Origin: Patescibacteria group bacterium
GTDB lineage: Bacteria > Patescibacteriota > Minisyncoccia > UBA6257 > HR35
Reading direction: 5' to 3'
Length of the DNA stretch: 60,345 nucleotides
NCBI GenBank assembly: GCA_025060575.1
Contig: JANXBL010000001.1
Location: forward strand, 1-60,345
Shown: piece by piece, positions 30,419 to 42,362 of the stretch
Layout of the letters: the number at the start of each line of letters is the position of its first letter
Numbering within the stretch: the stretch's first letter is position 1
The notes under the pieces: generated by a model
What the model was told of the DNA's origin: nothing
The model's database searches: none
What the model saw: the letters and a program-made list of their open reading frames with translations, nothing else
Program-made: the position numbers and the translations under genes

Positions 30419-30448
30419 TTGTTATAAAAATTTTAACACAAACAGGTA

Positions 30449-31000
30449 TCAGCTAACCCTTATAGACTTTAACTTTTCATAAGTGGCACCAGAAAAAGAA
30501 AGTTGAGATTGAAAAAGAGCGATTTCTGTTAAAGATACTTGCCAATTTAAATCTTTTGCAATGTTCCCTATATCTTTACCGCCTTTAATTCTTAAAAGAT
30601 TAATATGCGGAATCAAAAGACGATTTTCTCTCTTATAATCAACTCCCTCTCGACTAAGTTTATTTTCAAATTCTTTCTTTATGTCCTCTAAATATTGATT
30701 TCTTGCGCCATATAACCAAAGCATTCTCCTATTTTCAGGTGGACCATAGTCAACTTTCGTTATTCGCAGCTGAAGAGGTTGATCGAGCTTAAAGGAATCA
30801 AAAATTTTAGCAACCTTCAGATAACTTTGATAATCAAGATAGCCTAAAAAAATAATCGTTAGATGTAAATTTTTAAGCGGAATCCAATCCAAATTCCTTC
30901 CGCTTATTTTATCTAATTCCTTTTCCAAAAAGGCTATTTTCTTAATCAACCCAGAGGTTAAAGTAAAAGCTATGAATAATCTTAATTTCATACCGGTCAA
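30449..31000 (-). CDS. thpR: 2H phosphoesterase: RNA 2',3'-cyclic phosphodiesterase / 2'-5' RNA ligase family (ThpR/LigT)
   Basis: Two H-x-T/S-x motifs: NLHLTIIFLG and IPHINLLR. Confidence 0.7.
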   Translation of the reverse strand: MTGMKLRLFIAFTLTSGLIKKIAFLEKELDKISGRNLDWIPLKNLHLTIIFLGYLDYQSYLKVAKIFDSFKLDQPLQLRITKVDYGPPENRRMLWLYGARNQYLEDIKKEFENKLSREGVDYKRENRLLIPHINLLRIKGGKDIGNIAKDLNWQVSLTEIALFQSQLSFSGATYEKLKSIRVS

Positions 31001-34000
31001 TTTTCAGATATTTTCTTTACTCTAGAAATATCAGTTATTAAGTCGGCTAAGAGAATGTTTTTATTATCCTTTCTCTGGAGAGAACCTACTAGATAGTAAA
31101 TTTTACCTTCGCTCAAAATTTCAAAATATTGTTCATAAATCTTCGGGAAAAGCATAACTTCAATTTTATCTGTCATATCTTCAACGTCCAGATAAACAAA
31201 AGGTTCTTTCTTTTTGGTTAAAGATCTCTTAATCTCATTGACAACACCAGCGATGCTTACTTTTACTCCTTCATTTAGCCTTAAAACTTCACTGATTGTT
31301 TTAACCTTACCTCTTAGCTTTTCACCGTATTTTCTAAAAGGATGTCCAGAAATATAAACTCCTAACAATTCCTTTTCCCACTGGAGAATCTCTAGCTCAT
31401 CAATTGGTTTGCCCCTTCTTAAAAAGAAATCCACCTTATCATTACCTCCAAAGAGAGTTCTGGTGTGATTAAAATTTTTTGCTTTTTGCATATGTTCTAA
31501 TAGATAATCAATATTATTAATCAGAATATCACGATTGAAAAATCGATCAAAAGCTCCAGCTTTAATCAAACTTTCCAGCGATTTTTTATTTAAATCCTTA
31601 TGATTAACTCTTTTTAAAAAATCAGACAGATTAGAAAATGGTCCGCCTCTAATTCTTTCTTCCTCAATAAACTTAATCAAAGGTTTACCAACGTTTTTAA
31701 TCGATCCTAAGCCAAATCTAATTGTCCTATCATCAACAATCGTAAAATGAAAATTACTTTCATTAATGTCTGGCGGTAAAATTTGAAAACCATAATCTCT
31801 CAAGTCTTTCAAATACACTTTCACTCGATCAATGTCTTTGGCTTCATGGATTAAACAAGCTGTTAGAAATTCAATAGGGTAATGAGCCTTTAAAAAAGCA
31901 GTCTGATAACCGAGCATTGCATAAGCAACAGCATGACTACGATTAAAACCGTAACGGGCAAATGGTTCGATAAGTGAAACTATCTTTTCAGCAATTTCTT
32001 TTTTAATATTATTCTTTATCATCTTTTCCTTTAATTTCTCCAATTGTTCACTAAGGAGAGATTTTATCTTTTTACCTACTGCCTTTCTTAAAACATCAGC
32101 TTCAGTGGGGCTATAACCAGCTAATTCTTGAGCAATTTTCATTAATTGTTCTTGATAAACCATAATTCCAAAGGTTCTCTCCAGAATTTTTTCTAATTTA
32201 GGATGTAAATATTCTACTTTTTCTTTGCCAAATTTTCTCTTTATAAACGAAGGAATTAATTCCATCGGCCCAGGTCGATAAAGAGCTATTAAATTAATAA
32301 TGTCCTCTAAGGATGTAGGTTTTAAAGCCTTTAAATATTCAGTCATTCCCCTTCCTTCTAGCTGAAATATGCCTATTGTTTTCCCTTGTCTTAATAATTC
32401 AAAGGTTAAATCATCATTAAAATTATCATCTTCTTTTATAGTAACTTCATGGTGATGTCTTTGTTGGATTAGTTTTCTAGCATCCTCAATGATTGATAAT
32501 GTTCTTAAACCTAAAAAATCCATTTTTAACAATCCAAGATCATTAACAGCGTACATATCATACTGGGTAATAATCTCCTTTTCTTCTCCTGGTGCGAATT
32601 GTAGTGGTACATAATCTATTACCGGCCCTGGGGTAATTACTGTACCACAAGCATGAACAGAAGCATGTCTAACCACTCCCTCTAATCTTTTAGCTGATTC
32701 AATAATTTTGATATAGGCTTCATTTTCTCGAACAATTTTTTTAACATCTGATAAATTTACAGCCTCTTCTAAAGAAACATTAGCAGGAATCAGACGAGCC
32801 AGTCTATCAACAAAAGAAAAAGAATAACCTAAAGCCCTCCCAGCATCGCGAACCGCTGCTCTTGATGCCATCTTACCAAAAGTTATTATCTGAGCAAATC
32901 TATCTTGACCGTATTTTTCCTTTAGATAATCGAAAATTAAATTTCTCTTAACATCGGAAAAATCAATATCAATATCAGGAAACTCTATTCTATCAGGGGT
33001 TAAAAATCTTTCAAAAAGTAATCCATATTTGAGAGGGTCAATCTCAGTAATATTTAAAAGATAAGCTACCAAACTTCCTGAAACCGACCCCCTGCCAGGG
33101 CCAACTGCCAATCCCTTATTTTTAGCAAAATTAACAATATCCTGAACAATCAAAAAATAGCCAGCAAAATTAGTTTTTTCAATGATTTCTAATTCATGTT
33201 CTAATCTTGATAGATATTCCTTGTTTCGAATTAAATTACGGAAAGAAAAACCTCGTTCACAAAGTTTCCTCAGATAACTAATTTCGCTCTCTCCTTCAGG
33301 AAGAGGAAAATGTGGTAATTTTGACTTACCTAACTGAATCTCAAATTCGCATTTCTCAACTATTTCTAAAGTATTCTCCAAAACTTCTGGCATATCGCTA
33401 AACAATTCATTCATAGTCTTTTTATCTGCTAAAGAAAAATCATCCTGCTTCATCGTTAACCTTTCTTCCTCCTCAATATCTTTACCAGTTTGAATTGCCA
33501 AAAAAACATCATGAATACTGCTATCCTCTGGTTTTAAATAATGAGAGTCATAAGAAGCAACGGCTTTAATTCCTAAATCTTTTGCCAATTCTCTCGTCAA
33601 TTTTTTGAGTTTAGCCGAGTCTTCAATTTTAGGATGATAATTAACTTCGATATAAAAATCATCGCCAAAAATATCCCTGTATTCAATTGCCTTTTCTTTT
33701 GCCAAATCATATTGGCCTCTCAGTAATAGCCTTGGTATTTCACCGCTAGGGCAACCAGAAAGACAAATTATTCCTTCATGATATTCTCTTAAAATTTCTT
33801 TATCAATCCTAGGTTTATAATAGAAACCTTCTAACCAACCCTTGCTAACTAGTCTAACGAGATTTCTATAACCAGTTTCATTTTTAACTAATAGGGTGAG
33901 ATGATAACTTCTTGAATCTATTCTGGGTTCTTTATCGAATCTTGAACGAGGAGCTAGATATACCTCACATCCAATTATTGGTTTTATTCCAGCCTTTTTA

Positions 34001-34164
34001 GCCTTTTTATAAAATTCGATAGCACCGTACATATTACCATGATCAGTCAAAGCTAATGCCCTATAGTCAAGATTAGCTGCCCTTTCGACTAGATCATCTA
34101 TTTTTGATAGACCATCTAATAAACTATAATGAGAATGAACATGAAGATGAACGAACTCCTTCAT
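30997..34164 (-). CDS. dnaE: DNA polymerase III alpha subunit
   Basis: PHP domain FVHLHVHSHYSLLDG, the PDIDIDF catalytic region, HhH and OB regions. Confidence 0.97.
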   Translation of the reverse strand: MKEFVHLHVHSHYSLLDGLSKIDDLVERAANLDYRALALTDHGNMYGAIEFYKKAKKAGIKPIIGCEVYLAPRSRFDKEPRIDSRSYHLTLLVKNETGYRNLVRLVSKGWLEGFYYKPRIDKEILREYHEGIICLSGCPSGEIPRLLLRGQYDLAKEKAIEYRDIFGDDFYIEVNYHPKIEDSAKLKKLTRELAKDLGIKAVASYDSHYLKPEDSSIHDVFLAIQTGKDIEEEERLTMKQDDFSLADKKTMNELFSDMPEVLENTLEIVEKCEFEIQLGKSKLPHFPLPEGESEISYLRKLCERGFSFRNLIRNKEYLSRLEHELEIIEKTNFAGYFLIVQDIVNFAKNKGLAVGPGRGSVSGSLVAYLLNITEIDPLKYGLLFERFLTPDRIEFPDIDIDFSDVKRNLIFDYLKEKYGQDRFAQIITFGKMASRAAVRDAGRALGYSFSFVDRLARLIPANVSLEEAVNLSDVKKIVRENEAYIKIIESAKRLEGVVRHASVHACGTVITPGPVIDYVPLQFAPGEEKEIITQYDMYAVNDLGLLKMDFLGLRTLSIIEDARKLIQQRHHHEVTIKEDDNFNDDLTFELLRQGKTIGIFQLEGRGMTEYLKALKPTSLEDIINLIALYRPGPMELIPSFIKRKFGKEKVEYLHPKLEKILERTFGIMVYQEQLMKIAQELAGYSPTEADVLRKAVGKKIKSLLSEQLEKLKEKMIKNNIKKEIAEKIVSLIEPFARYGFNRSHAVAYAMLGYQTAFLKAHYPIEFLTACLIHEAKDIDRVKVYLKDLRDYGFQILPPDINESNFHFTIVDDRTIRFGLGSIKNVGKPLIKFIEEERIRGGPFSNLSDFLKRVNHKDLNKKSLESLIKAGAFDRFFNRDILINNIDYLLEHMQKAKNFNHTRTLFGGNDKVDFFLRRGKPIDELEILQWEKELLGVYISGHPFRKYGEKLRGKVKTISEVLRLNEGVKVSIAGVVNEIKRSLTKKKEPFVYLDVEDMTDKIEVMLFPKIYEQYFEILSEGKIYYLVGSLQRKDNKNILLADLITDISRVKKISEN

Positions 34165-34815
34165 CTCAAGAAAATTTTACCTAAGAAAAGAGACAAGTCA
34201 AGTTCATGGTTCACTGAAAAGAGAATTCTAAGGTCTAACAAAAATCTACTGGCCATTGATGAAGCAGGTCGTGGTGCCTTAGCTGGCCCATTAGTGATAG
34301 GGGGAGTTTATTTTACTCTTGCTAAAATAAAAGCTTTAGAAAGAGATGGGGTGAAATTTTTTGATTCAAAAATGATTTCGCCTTATGAAAGAAGTTACTT
34401 TCTAAAATTAATTAGAAAATATGGCCTTAAGTTCAAAGCAGTGTCTGTTAATAGTACAACTATCGATAGAGTCGGAATCAACACCGCATTTTCTTTGGGA
34501 ATTGAAAAATTAATAGATTTATTTTCGCCACAAATTGTTGTAATCGATGGTTTACCAACTAAAATTAACAATAAAAAATCGGTTAGGGTGAAATTTTTTA
34601 TTAAAGGCGATCGAAGATTGTCCTCAATCGCTTCTGCCTCTATTGTGGCTAAGGTTTATCGTGATCAACATATGATAAAAATTTCCAAAAAATATCCAGA
34701 GTATGAACTTGAGAATAATAAAGGCTATGGCACAATTTATCATCGCTTAGTCATTCAAAAATTAGGCTTGACAAAAATTCATCGCCAAACTTTTGTGGGT
34801 AAATTTTTTAGTTGA
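34129..34815 (+). CDS. rnhB: ribonuclease HII
   Basis: AIDEAGRGALAGPLV catalytic motif and SIASASIVAKVYRD. Start is uncertain: the only ATGs (34129-34147) lie inside the first codons of divergent dnaE. Confidence 0.85.
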   Translation: MRMNMKMNELLHLKKILPKKRDKSSSWFTEKRILRSNKNLLAIDEAGRGALAGPLVIGGVYFTLAKIKALERDGVKFFDSKMISPYERSYFLKLIRKYGLKFKAVSVNSTTIDRVGINTAFSLGIEKLIDLFSPQIVVIDGLPTKINNKKSVRVKFFIKGDRRLSSIASASIVAKVYRDQHMIKISKKYPEYELENNKGYGTIYHRLVIQKLGLTKIHRQTFVGKFFS

Positions 34816-34840
34816 CAAATAGCATATTTTCGGTTATAAT
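34812..34840 (+). promoter_or_regulatory. consensus sigma70 promoter of the 3D-domain gene
   Basis: TTGACA (34812-34817), 17-nt spacer, TATAAT (34835-34840). SD AAGGAGG lies 6 nt before ATG 34880. Confidence 0.65.
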
Positions 34841-34879
34841 TCTTATTAGAACACTAAACCAGAAGAAAGGAGGCAAGAA

Positions 34880-35287
34880 ATGGCGAAGACAATAATTCTC
34901 GCCATTTTTATTCTGACCAACACCTCACCATCTAAACTCAACCCTAACAGTCAACCGCATAACCTATCTAGAGGTAATGTGGTAGTAAAAAAGGTAACAT
35001 TTGAGGCAATAGCCACGAGCTATTGTCTACGAGGGCGTACAGCAACGGGAACTAAACCTAGAATAGGAACCGTCGCTGTAGACCCCCGTATCATCCCCCT
35101 CGGCAGTAGAATTTATGTCGAGGGGTATGGCTGGGCTCGAGCAGAGGATACGGGTTCAGCTATCAAAGGGAAAAGAATCGACGTCTGGCTTCCGTCAAGA
35201 AGTCAGGCACTAAAATGGGGTGTTAGGAAAGTAAAAGTGACTGTCTTCATTTCTCAACCCCAGCGTCAACTAGAAAGAAGACGCTAA
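34880..35287 (+). CDS. secreted 3D-domain protein (MltA-type double-psi beta-barrel, cell-wall associated)
   Basis: Signal-like N-terminus. ATSYCLRGRTATGTKPRIGTVAVDPRIIPLGSRIYVEGYGWARAEDTGSAIKGKRIDVWL carries the three conserved Asp. Confidence 0.75.
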   Translation: MAKTIILAIFILTNTSPSKLNPNSQPHNLSRGNVVVKKVTFEAIATSYCLRGRTATGTKPRIGTVAVDPRIIPLGSRIYVEGYGWARAEDTGSAIKGKRIDVWLPSRSQALKWGVRKVKVTVFISQPQRQLERRR

Positions 35288-35302
35288 TTTTTCATTTTTC
35301 CT

Positions 35303-35329
35303 AATAGGCGACATTTTATGTCGCCTATT
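35303..35329. terminator. bidirectional intrinsic terminator between the 3D gene and rplS
   Basis: 12-bp perfect stem AATAGGCGACAT / ATGTCGCCTATT with a TTT loop, followed by a T run downstream on the plus strand; only a short T-rich stretch (TTAGG) follows on the minus strand. Confidence 0.75.
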
Positions 35330-35331
35330 TT

Positions 35332-35688
35332 TTAAAGAGAAATCTTTAACTTCTTTTTAATGCCTCGAGGATGGAGTTTGCGAATAAAATAGAGCTTTGC
35401 CCTTCTTGTCTTTGCCTTGCCTAAAATTTCTATTTTCTCAATTGTAGGCAAATTGTAAGGATAGGTTTTTTCAATCATTTGACCACCAGCCTCGCCTCTG
35501 ACAGTAAACATCACTCTTGTTCCCTTTTTGTTCCTCACTGAAATTACCAACCCCTGAAAAGCCTGAACAACATCTCTTTTCTTTTCCTTAAATCTCTGCC
35601 ACACTTTCACCAATAAGCCAGGTTTAATCTCAGGTAAATCATTTCTGACATATTTTTTTTCAACTAATTGCACTAACTGATGACTCAT
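35332..35688 (-). CDS. rplS: 50S ribosomal protein L19
   Basis: DLPEIKPGLLVKVWQRFKEKKRDVVQAFQGLVISVRNKG... and RRAKLYFIR. Confidence 0.93.
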   Translation of the reverse strand: MSHQLVQLVEKKYVRNDLPEIKPGLLVKVWQRFKEKKRDVVQAFQGLVISVRNKKGTRVMFTVRGEAGGQMIEKTYPYNLPTIEKIEILGKAKTRRAKLYFIRKLHPRGIKKKLKISL

Positions 35689-35704
35689 CTTAAACTAAAT
35701 TTTA

Positions 35705-36031
35705 TCATAAATTTCGGTAGATGGTAAACTTTTTACTTTTCGAATCATAAACCCAAAGTTCATAGGAAATTTTCCTAGCAACTGGTAATTTAAAAATTCT
35801 ACCTGCCTTGTATTTTCTCTTTCTATCCATCTGAACTTGAATCAATCTCAATTCTTTTCTATTAAGAGCAATAATATCGAATAAACCAAAAATATCCTGC
35901 GAATGAAATCTAACTTTAGCCGGTTTCCAAACTAAAAATTTTTCCCTCTTCAACTTGTCAAAGGCTAATTTTTCAACTCTTTGCCCTCTTTTTCGTCTTT
36001 GAATTTTTTTCTTCTTTTTCGCTAATTTCAT
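35705..36031 (-). CDS. PD-(D/E)XK-like small nuclease-fold protein (YraN/Hjc-like), tentative
   Basis: Pattern G-x-x-x-E...DIFGLFDIIAL...LRLIQVQ resembles the E...D...E-x-K core, with Gln in place of Lys. An rplS/rnhB neighbourhood is typical for yraN. Confidence 0.35.
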   Translation of the reverse strand: MKLAKKKKKIQRRKRGQRVEKLAFDKLKREKFLVWKPAKVRFHSQDIFGLFDIIALNRKELRLIQVQMDRKRKYKAGRIFKLPVARKISYELWVYDSKSKKFTIYRNL

Positions 36032-36344
36032 CTATTAGTTCTAGTACCTTAGTTGCTTCTCTGATAACTCCAGATGGATAAAAAAACACCTTTCTTGGTA
36101 AGTATCTTAAAAAAACTCTTTCCACTATTTCTTCTCTTATCTTAAAGCTATTTCTATTTAAAAAGGAAATTACTTCCTTTTCTTTGTTATCAGGAAAAAT
36201 ACTAAGAAAAATTTTCATTGTTCCGCCCTTTTTGGGCAAATTTAAATCAACCACTGTAAATATCGTTGTGTAATCAGGCAAAGTTTCTCTGATAATTTCT
36301 GAAATCTTCTTAATTGTTTCAAACTTCTTTCTTTCCTGCATCAA
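35973..36344 (-). CDS. rbfA: ribosome-binding factor A-like protein
   Basis: KH-like pattern ...FTVVDLNLPKKGGTMKIFLSIF...IREEIVERVFLRYLPRKVFFYPS..., comparable to RbfA (LR..P.L.F..D). Confidence 0.55.
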   Translation of the reverse strand: MMQERKKFETIKKISEIIRETLPDYTTIFTVVDLNLPKKGGTMKIFLSIFPDNKEKEVISFLNRNSFKIREEIVERVFLRYLPRKVFFYPSGVIREATKVLELIDEISEKEEKNSKTKKRAKS

Positions 36345-36441
36345 TAAATAATCTTAATCAAAATATGTTAACTTGACAAATTATTTTTACTTATATGATA
36401 AAATATTAATAGGTAATTAAGAATTAAAGTTTGAATTATAA

Positions 36442-37242
36442 ATGAATAATCTTAAAGTTAACTACTATCTTTTAGCAATATTCCTAATCCTGTTACTTTT
36501 AAATATATACCTTTATTTCTTTGGCGAAGGTTTTTTAGGTGAACTTCTTTTTGATAAAAAGCAAGCATCTGCTCAACAAAACTTATGTGAAGGATTTTCG
36601 CAAAGCAACTGCCCAGGGGCGGAAAATTGCGAAGGAGTAACTCCAGGCCCAGGCGATGATATGGTTATAGAATCTATGATTGTAAGGACATTTGCATGTA
36701 ATACTACATCATCGGATTGGGATAGTGAACCATGGAGAACAGCTCTAAGAGATAACATGCCAAGCACAACAGTCTCCTTGCCCACTACAGGTGAAGGACC
36801 GTGTTGGACAGTCAGCGAGTGTGAAGCAGCAACCTCAGTAACTAATATCGGGGAACCAATACAAGTAGCGATAAGAGCTAGTTCTTCTCAAGGAGTGACA
36901 TTAAAGGTAGAGTTTATAAATAATTATTCTTCAACAGCCAATTTTAATCTTTCAACAACAACCTCTTCAGGTAAAAGAGATTATTATTTTAATTATACTA
37001 TCTCCACCACGACTTCTAATATAAGGCAGGAGAGAAATATCGCCATGTGGGAAATTAAAGCTTCTCTATGCCGAAACAACAATTGCACCTCTCAAACTAG
37101 TGCCAGGCTGAGGGTCAATAAGTATGACTGTAGGGGTTCTAATTGTACAGTTAGCTATAGGTCTGGACAATCAGTAGTTAGCGCGGATTGCGACGGTAAA
37201 TTCTGTGAATTTTGGATTAACAAATTTTGCGGAATTCAATAG
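36442..37242 (+). CDS. Cys-rich secreted/anchored protein of unknown function, first gene of a minor-pilin operon
   Basis: N-terminal hydrophobic anchor without a prepilin motif. 14 Cys arranged as short CxnC pairs, Ser/Thr-rich. Visibly higher G+C than the flanking genes. Confidence 0.6.
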   Translation: MNNLKVNYYLLAIFLILLLLNIYLYFFGEGFLGELLFDKKQASAQQNLCEGFSQSNCPGAENCEGVTPGPGDDMVIESMIVRTFACNTTSSDWDSEPWRTALRDNMPSTTVSLPTTGEGPCWTVSECEAATSVTNIGEPIQVAIRASSSQGVTLKVEFINNYSSTANFNLSTTTSSGKRDYYFNYTISTTTSNIRQERNIAMWEIKASLCRNNNCTSQTSARLRVNKYDCRGSNCTVSYRSGQSVVSADCDGKFCEFWINKFCGIQ

Positions 37243-37307
37243 CCAGATTAATCCATAAAACTTAAATATTGTCTTCTATGATGAAAATAAAAATTTAGAA
37301 AGTTTTA

Positions 37308-37829
37308 ATGATTAATTCTAAAGAGAAACGAGGTGTTACGATAATTGAGACTATCGTTGCTCTCACCATCATTTCCCTACTTATGGGAATAATTCTCAAT
37401 ATAGTTTTTAATTATCTACTCATTTTAAATTCTATCAAGGAAAGGTTAATTGCTCTGTCTCTAGCTCAAGAAGGTCTTGAATTGGCTATTGCTCTTAGAA
37501 ATAAAAATTATGAAAAAGGTGAACAATCAAATGACGAATGGTTGGGCGTTATTCCTGGTAATAATTACTGTATAGAGTTTAATACTACAACTGCTAAAAT
37601 AGTTACATCAACTCCGAATGATTCTAACAGAGGATGTAAAGTTCCTATTAATTCCAATGTTGAATTTTTCAGAATTTTAAGATATTCAGGAAATTTAGGA
37701 TACTATCCACCTCCTGATAATAACATGCCAGGACCTGGTACAGTAGCAATTACCTCCGAAGTTTATTTTTTAGACCAAAAAATTTCCTTAACTTCGCTAT
37801 TGATTAATCGAAGATTACTACCCCCCTGA
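37308..37829 (+). CDS. type IV pilin-like (minor pilin/pseudopilin)
   Basis: Prepilin signature KRG-VTIIETIVALTIISLL (Gly-1, Glu+5). Confidence 0.75.
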   Translation: MINSKEKRGVTIIETIVALTIISLLMGIILNIVFNYLLILNSIKERLIALSLAQEGLELAIALRNKNYEKGEQSNDEWLGVIPGNNYCIEFNTTTAKIVTSTPNDSNRGCKVPINSNVEFFRILRYSGNLGYYPPPDNNMPGPGTVAITSEVYFLDQKISLTSLLINRRLLPP

Positions 37830-38406
37830 TATCTAATGTTTTTTAGAAGTAATTAATTGTTTTTTTATTAAAATTAAAAATTCTGATAAAAAATTTAATA
37901 AATGAAAGGTTTTACCTTAGTAGAAGTTATAATAAGTAGTGCTATTTTCTTAATAGGGATGTTTGTTTTAAGCCAAATATATTTTTCTTTCATAAAATCA
38001 ATAATCTTTGCCCAAAATTTACAGGCAAATATTGATAATGTTCGTTATGGACTTGAAAAAATTTGGAATGAAGTAAAATCAGGAAGTGATTTTCCTACAT
38101 CCACAATAGCTACTACAACACTTACTTTTAAGGACAGAAGATGTAGAGCGATAGAAATCTATAAGAATGATCAAAAATTAATGATGAAAATTGGCAGTAA
38201 TCCTCCTCAATCAATTTTTGACGAAAACTTAGTTTTAGTTGATGATTTTCGTGTTTTTTTTGATAAGACAGATTTCCCGACTGATACAAATTACTACAAA
38301 AGCTCTAAAAAATTAGTGGTGATTGAAATTAAATTTAATCTAAAAGTGGGAGAAAATATTATCCCCTACTCAACACGAATTTCCATCGCGCCTTTCAAGT
38401 CGCCTC

Positions 38407-41665
<3,259 letters not shown>

Positions 41666-41786
41666 TAAGTTACACTTTAAACCATCCTTTAACCTTCTCG
41701 TCTAGCTTATCAACTTTCTTATTTTCCTATACCTATTTTATGATTTAAATTAACAAGATAATCTAGTTAAATACTTTTTTATTGTT

Positions 41787-42272
41787 TTATTGAATTAAAC
41801 AATAGACCCTCGCATTATTAGTACTACAGTTGAAGGTGGCAGGGCCATTACAGTTCCAACCGCTGGGAGGATTAGAATTATTATAGGAATTTTCATATAT
41901 TTTACTGTCAGTAGCGGATTCAAGTGTAGCTCTCAAAACAAAATGGTTAGGTTTATCAGCGCCAGTTGTAGTGCAATAATAATAAGAATATGATAGTCCT
42001 GCCGGATCTTTAGGGATATTGTAAACTCCTATACTTCTTAATTCTGTTTCTAGTCCATCCCAGGTAGTAGTCTGTGGAAAATAACCTTTATTATTTAGAT
42101 ATTGCGCTAAATAGGTAGATACAACCTGTAAATCAGCCACTCTTCTGGTGTCTCTTGCCTGAGGAGAAAAACTACCAATATTTCTCAACACAATACCCGC
42201 TAAAATACCAATGATTAATAGTACGACCGCCATTTCAACTAAGGTGAAACCTTTTCTAGTGGTGGTTTTCAT
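41787..42272 (-). CDS. type IV pilin, probable major subunit (GspG/PilA-like)
   Basis: RKG-FTLVEMAVVLLIIGILAGIV, ARDTRRVADLQ helix, C-terminal Cys pairs. Has its own strong promoter. Confidence 0.8.
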   Translation of the reverse strand: MKTTTRKGFTLVEMAVVLLIIGILAGIVLRNIGSFSPQARDTRRVADLQVVSTYLAQYLNNKGYFPQTTTWDGLETELRSIGVYNIPKDPAGLSYSYYYCTTTGADKPNHFVLRATLESATDSKIYENSYNNSNPPSGWNCNGPATFNCSTNNARVYCLIQ

Positions 42273-42332
42273 TTTTTAAGTAAGTTAATTAATCTTGTTT
42301 TTAATTGCGACCCAATTTAATAAGTTAATTAA

Positions 42333-42360
42333 ATTATAAAGCAAAATTCTCTATAGTCAA
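42333..42360 (-). promoter_or_regulatory. sigma70-type promoter of the major pilin gene
   Basis: Minus strand: TTGACT (42360-42355), 16-nt spacer, TATAAT (42338-42333). Confidence 0.55.
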
Positions 42361-42362
42361 AC

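Noticed and set aside
36376-36407. Promoter for the Cys-rich protein operon (TTGACA ... TGaTAAAAT).
   Set aside because: The spacer is 20 nt to TAAAAT, or 15 nt to an alternative TATGAT. Neither is a convincing geometry, so it is not listed as a feature.
36442-37242. The Cys-rich protein as a diversity-generating retroelement target.
   Set aside because: There is no reverse transcriptase gene, and I could not see a template/variable repeat pair with adenine-specific differences in the window.
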